Both the position numbers and the translations under genes were made by a program. From positions 1 through 59,441 of the IMG/VR virus record IMGVR_UViG_3300030104_000577: DNA of 59,441 nt. One strand, 5' to 3'. How positions within the stretch are numbered: the first letter of the stretch is position 1; every line of letters starts with the position of its first letter. This stretch comes from a virus (Duplodnaviria > Caudoviricetes). The notes beneath the pieces are model-generated. The model made no database searches. It was not told the origin of the DNA and saw nothing but the letters and a program-made list of their open reading frames with translations. Below are positions 18,896-26,127 of this stretch, piece by piece.

Positions 18896-19267
18896 GGGAT
18901 GATCACTAATTAATTTTATCCCCTGTTCAGATCGCAATGTGATCCGAATGTAATCTCAATCACATCAGAACCAGACAATATAACATGGTCAATGGTCCAT
19001 TGTTCAGATCAGAAAAAGCTCGGATGGTTTACAGACGTTCAGATCCTATTGGCTATTGGCTGAAAGTCCAGATTTCGTGGTCCATGGTCCATTCCTGTAG
19101 GATTTTTGTCCGTGAACGTGATCATGATGCAACCTAGTTTCTATATACAACGGTCCAGAGTCCACAGACCACTGTCTAAAGATCTTTCACATGCTTTATC
19201 ACACCTTCACCATTATTACCATCAAGTTACCATCGACCACAGTCCATGGTCATATTACCTGTTCCAA

Positions 19268-19370
19268 GGCAATAGGTCGCCAATACGATAGCCAATAGCC
19301 CTCACACAAGGACTAACTGCGAGGGTTATAAAGATTATGCTATTGGCTTATTGGCTAAACGCGAATATTT
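19268..19370 (+). repeat. 103-bp element, copy 1 (three ..AATA boxes, 41-bp spacer, two inverted boxes); origin-like
   Basis: Same spacing as the inverted copy at 39839-39941. Confidence 0.65.
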
Positions 19371-19479
19371 GTGTAAAATTATTAAGTAAAATTCGTGAGA
19401 GCTAATATAGAAAGTGGTGCGTCTCGTCGGACAAGTGCACCAAGCTTGCTAAATAGGGTATATTGGAGGAACCCCCCGA

Positions 19480-19869
19480 CTAACTACTACTATTATTATT
19501 ATTATAGAAAGAATTTTTTCCCCAGTAAACCCATTCACCATTCTCCCACACATATTCAGGGTGGCGAATATTAACGGAGACTGCCACAGGTTTATACACT
19601 TCCATAGAGTATATAGGTATATCATCACCCACCCATGGAAAGTAAAAGTTTTCGTCCTCGGCTAATATACCGTCTAGATCATTTTTCCACTCTTCGTACT
19701 GGTTCTCTATGTCTCGTGCTATTTCGGCACCTTCTTTGAGAGTTTTGTTGTCCGCTACGGTGTAGTGGTCTTTTAGGTTAAAGTCAACCTTTTTCATAAT
19801 ATCACGACGTCGGTCGCCTCTAAACTGAGCTGGTACAAGCTGCAGATTTATCATATATTTGCTTTTCAA
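19480..19869 (-). CDS. Hypothetical early protein
   Basis: AAGGAG RBS before TTG; internal ATG start also possible. Confidence 0.55.
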   Translation of the reverse strand: MKSKYMINLQLVPAQFRGDRRRDIMKKVDFNLKDHYTVADNKTLKEGAEIARDIENQYEEWKNDLDGILAEDENFYFPWVGDDIPIYSMEVYKPVAVSVNIRHPEYVWENGEWVYWGKNSFYNNNNSSS

Positions 19870-19922
19870 GTTGTTCTCCTTATTTAATTTATTACTATAT
19901 AATTATATAAACGAAAACGGCG

Positions 19923-19933
19923 ATCACCTAGCA
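19923..19933 (-). promoter_or_regulatory. Repeated early-region motif TGCTAGGTGAT
   Basis: Identical 11-mer at 21703 and 22836, each about 15 nt upstream of a TAWWAT box. Confidence 0.6.
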
Positions 19934-19944
19934 CAAATCACTAA

Positions 19945-20151
19945 TCACTTACCTTTTTCGTGTCGAATGTTTTTTTCGTAATTTAGGTTCACGACGTTAT
20001 CTATTTCTTCTGCTTCTATATCTTTTTCGTCAGCTACAAATTTCCATTTTTGTGCTTTAAGATATCCTTTTTCTTCAGCTTCTTCCCTGTCCGTAGCCAT
20101 CACGAAACACTCTTCTACTGTGTAAGTTGTTCTGGTTAACTTATATTCCAT
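19945..20151 (-). CDS. Hypothetical early protein
   Basis: GAGGAG RBS; AxxxEEAEEK motif. Confidence 0.6.
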   Translation of the reverse strand: MEYKLTRTTYTVEECFVMATDREEAEEKGYLKAQKWKFVADEKDIEAEEIDNVVNLNYEKNIRHEKGK

Positions 20152-20501
20152 AAGTGCTCCTCACAGCTGTAGTAATACTCTTCGAGACTGGGCGCGTCAC
20201 ATTCAAAGCCATCGGTGATGTGTTGTTTCCAGTACTTACCGAATGGACCACCGCTCGCGCACAGGTCACAACCTTCCCACAGCCATATAGGTGTGGCATC
20301 ACTAGGTATGCGGAGTTTAAACATCACTTTCATCACATTCCCTGACATATCTTGATTATCACACCACTCACCGAACTGCTTCTCCATATCTTTTATTATA
20401 GCTATGCCATCATTCAAAGTGCCTGCTCCTATACGATAGAAGCGAGGCGACTTTGGATCATAACCGCTAGGATGTAGGGTAAACTCATATATTTTATTCA
20501 T
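20136..20501 (-). CDS. Hypothetical early protein
   Basis: ATGA overlap with upstream gene. Confidence 0.55.
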   Translation of the reverse strand: MNKIYEFTLHPSGYDPKSPRFYRIGAGTLNDGIAIIKDMEKQFGEWCDNQDMSGNVMKVMFKLRIPSDATPIWLWEGCDLCASGGPFGKYWKQHITDGFECDAPSLEEYYYSCEEHLWNIS

Positions 20502-20815
20502 GGAGTTACCCTAAACACCTTACTCTCGATGCCGTTATCAAACTTATAATAAAGCATCCCGATATTTCCTATACCTTCTACATGCTCATCGCGTATAGCT
20601 TCATATACCGCTTTAGCTTCTTTAGTATATTCTAGCCATAACTCATCAACTGGCGGTAGGTACTTCCTAAACTCATTTTTCGCTGTTGACTTAGTTAGTT
20701 TTTTCCAAGGCACGTCCTTAAACTCAATAGCTTGAGATGGACCAACGTAAACATGAATATCACCGCCTTCACCGACTAAATATTCATAATCTTCCATAGT
20801 ATATTTTACTGCCAT
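20498..20815 (-). CDS. Hypothetical early protein
   Basis: AGGAGG RBS and AT-rich promoter region. Confidence 0.65.
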   Translation of the reverse strand: MAVKYTMEDYEYLVGEGGDIHVYVGPSQAIEFKDVPWKKLTKSTAKNEFRKYLPPVDELWLEYTKEAKAVYEAIRDEHVEGIGNIGMLYYKFDNGIESKVFRVTP

Positions 20816-21031
20816 AAGTTATTCCTCCTGTTTTTATTTAACTTATAAGTATATAATAACTAAGAACTTATTCGCTAACTAGGACGATCACTAATCGCAT
20901 ATACCCTTATATATAGGCGGTTTTACTAGGGTTGAGCGCGGTGGATCGGCTTTTATTTACGCTCCAGTAATTCATCTTTATAAGGTAATACTAGGGTTAG
21001 GGGTAGTAGAAAAACGCTCGATTAGCTTGAT

Positions 21032-21214
21032 TCACCTGCCAATGTCTTTTATACTATTGAGACCAATGACTTGGTACGCTCCCTTGTTATAAGCAGGTGC
21101 CACGGTGAATACACCTCTAGCACTACCACACTGGACGCAAGTGGCATAACCTAAAGCAGCACGTCTTTCTTGTATTCGTCTACGACAAATTTTACAGGAA
21201 ACTTTTACAGTCAT
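21032..21214 (-). CDS. DksA/TraR-like C4 zinc-finger protein
   Basis: CxxC...I..RR..ALGY.TCxxC pattern. Confidence 0.55.
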   Translation of the reverse strand: MTVKVSCKICRRRIQERRAALGYATCVQCGSARGVFTVAPAYNKGAYQVIGLNSIKDIGR

Positions 21215-21648
21215 TTAGCTATCCTCACATACTCAGTAAGAGCAGACTGAAAGCTAGAGCCGTGTACACTAATGGCATAGTAAACATAATCTACAATTTT
21301 ATCTGTAGAGGACACGTCAATAGTATTATATTCACCAGACTTGTAATAGTAGGGAGCAGGAGTGTGGTACACCTCTCTCCAATCTTCATACTCAGTAGGC
21401 ACATCTCTTGGTCTATCACCTCCGTGAACCTCACTGAAATAATAGCCATACTCTACACCTTCAGGGATAAATATTTTAAGCATATCGCGAATAATCATTT
21501 GTTCTTTATATACTAACGGACAATCCTCGGCAAACTGTTCTTTGAAATATGATTCTGGTTGCGATGAGTAATAGCCTGTAGAGCTGTATGCTGTATTTTT
21601 ATAATCGGCAGGTATTATTTGCCAACCATCTTTTATTACTTCTTCCAT
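21211..21648 (-). CDS. Hypothetical early protein
   Basis: AAGGT RBS, upstream promoter motif. Confidence 0.6.
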   Translation of the reverse strand: MEEVIKDGWQIIPADYKNTAYSSTGYYSSQPESYFKEQFAEDCPLVYKEQMIIRDMLKIFIPEGVEYGYYFSEVHGGDRPRDVPTEYEDWREVYHTPAPYYYKSGEYNTIDVSSTDKIVDYVYYAISVHGSSFQSALTEYVRIAK

Positions 21649-21702
21649 AGTCTTGTACCTTTATTTATTAATAGTAAATATATAATAAAATACATTAACT
21701 AC

Positions 21703-21713
21703 ATCACCTAGCA
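21703..21713 (-). promoter_or_regulatory. Repeated early-region motif TGCTAGGTGAT
   Basis: Second of three identical copies. Confidence 0.6.
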
Positions 21714-21718
21714 TACTG

Positions 21719-22009
21719 TTATATCTCGTAATATTCTGCTGCTCGTTTTAGGTTTTCTAAAGAGACTTGCATCAATGCGTCCTCTGGACTTTCCTTAATC
21801 CAGTAATAACCAAACTCTGACACATCGTCGTTGTTTTTAGGTTTTAGAACAAAATAACCTAAATCACGCACATATATGATCGAGGTGTTGCCAGCTTCAA
21901 ACTTTTCCCCTTCGTCTAGTTCAGTCAGGTGGTGTTCTAATTCATCACGCAGTAGTTTATGCTCTTCCTTCCGTGAATGTAGTGGGTGACGATATATACC
22001 TTTACCCAT
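21719..22009 (-). CDS. Hypothetical early protein
   Basis: GGAGG RBS, overlap with upstream stop. Confidence 0.6.
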   Translation of the reverse strand: MGKGIYRHPLHSRKEEHKLLRDELEHHLTELDEGEKFEAGNTSIIYVRDLGYFVLKPKNNDDVSEFGYYWIKESPEDALMQVSLENLKRAAEYYEI

Positions 22010-22574
22010 GTTTCACCTCCTTTGGGATATCCCACATAGTCTGCGAAGTGAGTACACTATACTCACCGTTCGCTTTCATAGGTAAAACTTCTTTACTGTC
22101 TTTGACCCAGTTTTCAGGTAGTCGCCAGCTGTCATACCATGGAGGCAGTTCGATATTCTTTAGTGCCTGACCTAAAGGTGTGAAACAGGTATGAAAGTAA
22201 GCCTCCTGATCATACCTAAAAAAGCCATTATTCTGCTGGTCACTAAGAGACACGAACCAACCTTTAGCATCTATCTGCGGTTTATCAATAAACAAGTAAA
22301 CATACTCGATGTGCAGAGGGTCGAGAGCATTCATAAACTCGTTCAAGTTTTCGTACTTCTCTGGTTCTTGTTTTCTAGTGTCTGACTCTGCTGTTGTAAG
22401 TTTTAAACTAGATATGTATCCTGTGTTCACGAGTCTTCTAACTTTTATTATATCAGCATAATAACCGTACAACATAAAACCATTGTGCTGTAAGTAGCCA
22501 TCATAATGACAATAAGATGCGGTAATACCGTCCTCGTCCCATGAGCTGTATCCTATGTAACTACGAGTTCCCAT
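22002..22574 (-). CDS. Conserved phage hypothetical protein
   Basis: MGTRSYIG...YCHYDGY...EYVYLF pattern common in phage early regions. Confidence 0.65.
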   Translation of the reverse strand: MGTRSYIGYSSWDEDGITASYCHYDGYLQHNGFMLYGYYADIIKVRRLVNTGYISSLKLTTAESDTRKQEPEKYENLNEFMNALDPLHIEYVYLFIDKPQIDAKGWFVSLSDQQNNGFFRYDQEAYFHTCFTPLGQALKNIELPPWYDSWRLPENWVKDSKEVLPMKANGEYSVLTSQTMWDIPKEVKHG

Positions 22575-22575
22575 A

Positions 22576-22779
22576 TTACGCCACCTTGACGATTATATCG
22601 TCTTTCATAGTAACTTTAGCAAACCACTCGCGACCACCTTGTAAGTGTGGACGATGGGCACCGATAAAACTGCCTGTAGATTTGTACTCATCACCAAAGA
22701 AAGATGTCTCTGTGTAGTTGAGTCGTTGACCTACTGCTTCTTTAAGTTTTTTCTTGCTTGTATAGTTTAATAACATCAT
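22576..22779 (-). CDS. Conserved small phage protein
   Basis: AAGGAG RBS; YxSKKxLKExVG...ETSFFGxEY...WFAxVTM motif. Confidence 0.65.
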   Translation of the reverse strand: MMLLNYTSKKKLKEAVGQRLNYTETSFFGDEYKSTGSFIGAHRPHLQGGREWFAKVTMKDDIIVKVA

Positions 22780-22835
22780 ACGCTGGTTCTCCTTATATTT
22801 ATTTAGCGTATATTAATAATACTAATGATTATTAC

Positions 22836-22846
22836 ATCACCTAGCA
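22836..22846 (-). promoter_or_regulatory. Repeated early-region motif TGCTAGGTGAT
   Basis: Third identical copy. Confidence 0.6.
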
Positions 22847-22856
22847 TGATGCGTAA

Positions 22857-22997
22857 TCAATTATCGTCATGTGTTCCGTAGAAATATATTCCTAAAACAA
22901 CGGACATGGCGAGAGCTAACAGTAAAGAATCGTTCAAGCTTGCTTGTATAGCCAGTTCGATCAAGTATTGTTCCTCTTCGTGTATATAATTACTCAC
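22857..22997 (-). CDS. Small membrane protein
   Basis: GTG start overlapping upstream stop; C-terminal hydrophobic helix. Confidence 0.4.
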   Translation of the reverse strand: MSNYIHEEEQYLIELAIQASLNDSLLLALAMSVVLGIYFYGTHDDN

Positions 22998-23166
22998 CGT
23001 TCTTTGCCATAGTGTATAGTCTAGCAGGTATAACCACATTTACATTACAGTCACTACAGCACCTACCGTTTTTCACTGGTCGTGCATTATGACCTTGATC
23101 CCAGATAATTTCACCACCATCTGTTTTTTGTTCCTCTATATCGTTCTTACATATACTACATTTCAT
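22990..23166 (-). CDS. Small Zn-finger protein (58 aa, absent from ORF track)
   Basis: Manual translation MKCSICKNDIEEQKTDGGEIIWDQGHNARPVKNGRCCSDCNVNVVIPARLYTMAKNGE; GAGGT RBS. Confidence 0.75.
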   Translation of the reverse strand: MKCSICKNDIEEQKTDGGEIIWDQGHNARPVKNGRCCSDCNVNVVIPARLYTMAKNGE

Positions 23167-23380
23167 TTGCTTTACCTCTCTTAGTTTTTTCTAGAAATAC
23201 TTTTTGACTACTGATTCTTCTAGGGTTGTATAAAATGTGTTCTGGTATGTCTTGAACTATTTTGAAAACTTTCTTTAACTGTTTAAACTGTGCATCTTTT
23301 CTCTCACCAGCTATCAAGTATACATAACGATCGAGCTCTCTACAAAGTGCTTGCTTCAAACTAACTGGTTGCTTCATCAT
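23156..23380 (-). CDS. Hypothetical protein
   Basis: GAGGT RBS, overlapping neighbours. Confidence 0.55.
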   Translation of the reverse strand: MMKQPVSLKQALCRELDRYVYLIAGERKDAQFKQLKKVFKIVQDIPEHILYNPRRISSQKVFLEKTKRGKANEM

Positions 23381-23546
23381 CTAACCTCTGTTCTGCGTCG
23401 TGGTATTGAAGCTGTAGTTCTTGCTGATTCAATGAGTTGATTTCTCGTCTTTGTTTAGCTTTTACCTCATCGAGTACTCTGTGCGCTGTAGCTACATTCT
23501 CGATAGCTCTATATAATTCTAAAGTTTGCTCTTTGGTAAGTGACAT
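23361..23546 (-). CDS. Hypothetical coiled-coil protein
   Basis: AGGAGG RBS. Confidence 0.6.
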   Translation of the reverse strand: MSLTKEQTLELYRAIENVATAHRVLDEVKAKQRREINSLNQQELQLQYHDAEQRLDDEATS

Positions 23547-23624
23547 GATGCCTCCTAAGGTTTAGTTATTAATAAAGTATAAGTATATAACTAGAATAAT
23601 AGATCATTAAGGATAATGTTAAGA

Positions 23625-23760
23625 TAACCCTGACCACGCAAGGGAGGCTGCAGAATGATAGGACGTGATCAGGGTTAAAAGAAAAACCTGATGAGGGTAG
23701 GAGAATACTATCGTAAAGTCTTAAATCAATAACAATAGTCAAATGAACACCCCCATCAGG
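23625..23760 (-). ncRNA. Tandem hairpin RNAs displaying anti-RBS sequences (putative antisense sRNAs)
   Basis: Two 12-14-bp stems, complete on the minus strand only through G-U pairs; loops contain anti-AUG and anti-SD sequences. Confidence 0.6.
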
Positions 23761-23767
23761 CAACCAA

Positions 23768-24253
23768 CTATTTATAGAGCATAAACTCCTTATCAAGATC
23801 GTACCTGATATCTTTAGCTTCTACTCTAAGAGTTGCTAGAGCTTCCCTTACTGTCATACCATCTAAGTCGCTATGACGCTCTGCGTTCTCTTTAGACCTA
23901 GCCATTTTTGCTGGGTTATTCACTATAACCCGATCCATGTCTAGACCTTTTACTGCTACTTTATCTTTCGATTTTTTTACAGCGGTTTTAAGGTTAGTCT
24001 TCGTTACTTTTAACTTCCCTATCTTAGCTGTATTTTTAAGTGCTGCTTGTTTCATTGCACCCATTTGCTTACCCTCCTCTGGCTCTCGCCAAGTTATATT
24101 ACGGTTGTTGTACATATGGAAGACTCGTTTAACCTCACCTTCCTCTTGATACTCAGCGGTAAATTGTACGGAGAGCAGAGATTTGACGGTAGCTTCATGC
24201 CATAAATCTTTGTGACATGTTACTAATACTTTATCTGTTCTCGGTGCTCTCAT
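23768..24253 (-). CDS. Early protein whose C-terminal part is paralog 3 of the 18.1/18.6-kb proteins; probable internal start at 24064
   Basis: KMARSKENAERHSDLDGMTVREAL...KDIRYDLDKEF aligns with paralogs; GAGGAG RBS precedes internal MGAMKQ. Confidence 0.7.
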   Translation of the reverse strand: MRAPRTDKVLVTCHKDLWHEATVKSLLSVQFTAEYQEEGEVKRVFHMYNNRNITWREPEEGKQMGAMKQAALKNTAKIGKLKVTKTNLKTAVKKSKDKVAVKGLDMDRVIVNNPAKMARSKENAERHSDLDGMTVREALATLRVEAKDIRYDLDKEFMLYK

Positions 24254-24317
24254 AAAATTTATCCTAAGTATTAAAAGTATATAAACTAATATAACGAAAG
24301 TATAGGAAGATCACTAT

Positions 24318-24935
24318 TTAATTAACAGGACCGTTACTGAGGTGTTCGGACGGCTCCATATATCCTTTGTAGTCTTGACCGCTATCCTCAAAATACCACT
24401 CAAAATGTACAGGCATGTTGAATGTTTTAGTGTAGACATATAACAAATCATATATATGTTGAGGCTCAGACCAAACAGTATCGAAGGTGTAAACCAGCTC
24501 AGCGTATCTACCAGCATTGTGCCCATAGTTATCATCTGGCTGTTCTAACGCTTCGTTATATGTATAACTAGAGTCATAGGCATTGAGCATTACACCCCAG
24601 TTTTGTACGCACCAGTCATGCCGAGACAGATAAGTATGTTCACGAGTAAGTCTTCGTATGGTGAATGGATCGAGACAGTTTTGTTTTACCCAATCTTCAG
24701 TTAGCTTATAATCGTGTTCTAGCCCACACTGGTCATAACGCAATCTAGAGTAGTAAAAGTTTTCCTTACCCACCGCAAAAAGTTCTAAGTCTTTAATATC
24801 TTCTGGTATAGGTTTGATACTATTAAAGTCAAAAGCACCTTCTTCGCCTTGTAGATAGTTTATTATTTTTTGTAAGTTGGCTCCTGTGGATCTAAAAGCT
24901 ACAACATTTCTACACTCGTAGACTCGAGTTTTCAT
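24318..24935 (-). CDS. DUF1281/YubB ferredoxin-like domain protein
   Basis: FDFNSIKPIPE, DWCVQNWG, FDTVWSEP motifs. Confidence 0.65.
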   Translation of the reverse strand: MKTRVYECRNVVAFRSTGANLQKIINYLQGEEGAFDFNSIKPIPEDIKDLELFAVGKENFYYSRLRYDQCGLEHDYKLTEDWVKQNCLDPFTIRRLTREHTYLSRHDWCVQNWGVMLNAYDSSYTYNEALEQPDDNYGHNAGRYAELVYTFDTVWSEPQHIYDLLYVYTKTFNMPVHFEWYFEDSGQDYKGYMEPSEHLSNGPVN

Positions 24936-24990
24936 AGATATCTTCCTTAATTTAACTAACGCTTATATAATAACTTAGACTATATAGATT

Positions 24991-25215
24991 TTAAGCATTA
25001 TCTTTTATGATAACGTCTTCTAAAACACCGTGCTTGTTTATCTTGTATGAATGTGATTCACGAGGTGCTTGTAGACTCTCATAATTCTTTCTTAAATATT
25101 TTTGGTATTTATTGTAATACTCTTGCTCGGTGGGATATGGTTTTTCAAAGTTTGCTTCACGCTCGGCACAATTTTTATAGTACATTCTGCGGACATAGAT
25201 TTCAAAGTTGTTCAA
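24991..25215 (-). CDS. Hypothetical protein
   Basis: AGGAGG RBS before TTG. Confidence 0.6.
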   Translation of the reverse strand: MNNFEIYVRRMYYKNCAEREANFEKPYPTEQEYYNKYQKYLRKNYESLQAPRESHSYKINKHGVLEDVIIKDNA

Positions 25216-25236
25216 GTTACCTCCTAATTAAAAATA

Positions 25237-25600
25237 TGGCTTGTCATCTCCGACCTATTTTAATGACTAACTTAGCTTACCTTCATACGAGCGATCAACC
25301 TCAACGAGTCTGTAAGTACCACAAAACAAAAAAGCGAGAGAGGCTTGGAGTCTGGCTACACTCAGGAATTTACTTTAACTCTCAACTTAGCACGATTCGG
25401 ATAAACTTGATTAGGGAGTCTCCGAACTTTGTCCTTTTATTACCTCAGTATGTACCTCTCTCTTTTACTCAAAGGGACTGCGTTAACCCCGTATGTCCCT
25501 AAGCAGATTAAGGAGCTCTGTAAACTGGCTGCTGGGTTCTGTTTACTTTCGAGATCTCTAGCCACCGAGCACTCCTCAATCCTAGGTTATTACTAACCTT
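25237..25600 (-). ncRNA. Large structured non-coding RNA of unknown class
   Basis: About 360 nt without a credible ORF, higher GC than flanks, at least five helices, GUAA tetraloop, stem plus U-tract at 25328. Confidence 0.6.
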
Positions 25601-25644
25601 AACTATATTAAAACTTAGAACTATAAGAATAAAAAGGATTATCC

Positions 25645-26127
25645 TTAATCAGTTTTATCTTCATAGTCCCCTTCTATAAGTGTTCCTGCAGGTAATATAC
25701 CACCTGTTTCATGATATATCTCTTTCATTCTTGCAAGTATTTGATCTTTATTCATAGTCTCTACTTTGTTCACAAGTATCTCACTACGATTCACATACAA
25801 TCCTGCTGCTTTACCTCTGTTAACCTCGGCTGTAACTGCAGCAGACCACGCACCATTACGCATAGCACCGTCACGAATATCCTTGAGATCTGTTAGATGT
25901 GTAGACAGATCAACTACCGCCTTATCTGCTGCTTTGGCTTGTAGTTCTTGTATGCGTTTCTTGACTACAGGGTTTTTATCACTAGACAACACAGTACCAG
26001 CTCTACCAGCATTTTTATCACTGTATCCTGCTTTCTTCGCAGCGTCTTTTTTCTTCATACCTTTCGCTACGTTCTGAGCAAACTTTTCTTGCTTCGGTGT
26101 GAGTTTCTTACTCACGCTATCCTCCAC
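25645..26127 (-). CDS. terS: Terminase small subunit
   Basis: LTPKQEKFA...AAKKAGYS...NPVVKKRIQEL HTH signature; A.V.RGKAAGLY. Confidence 0.75.
   Translation of the reverse strand: MEDSVSKKLTPKQEKFAQNVAKGMKKKDAAKKAGYSDKNAGRAGTVLSSDKNPVVKKRIQELQAKAADKAVVDLSTHLTDLKDIRDGAMRNGAWSAAVTAEVNRGKAAGLYVNRSEILVNKVETMNKDQILARMKEIYHETGGILPAGTLIEGDYEDKTD

Larger units (their letters stand above)
18391..19045. repeat. Dispersed TTCAGATC / ATGGTTTACAGA repeats
   Basis: TTCAGATC-type copies near 18391, 18448, 18504, 18925, 19002, 19037; ATGGTTTACAGA three times. Confidence 0.75.

Noticed and set aside
19414-19480. Pistol ribozyme on plus strand (UAAAUAG plus pseudoknot)
   Set aside because: P1 loop is too large and the conserved GCG/P3 elements are missing.
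23687-23720. Hammerhead ribozyme (CUGAUGA on plus strand)
   Set aside because: No correctly placed GAAA after stem II and no stems I/III; G-U pairing favours the minus-strand hairpin.
25047-25502. 151-aa plus-strand ORF
   Set aside because: Antisense to a gene with a strong RBS and to the structured RNA; no recognisable features.
25237-25600. Group I intron or RNase P RNA (Q-like AACCCAGCAGCCA, R-like GUUCGGAGACU, AACAGAACCC)
   Set aside because: I could not build a consistent P3/P7 or P4 core, there is no interrupted gene, and element order does not fit RNase P. Kept as an unknown ncRNA.
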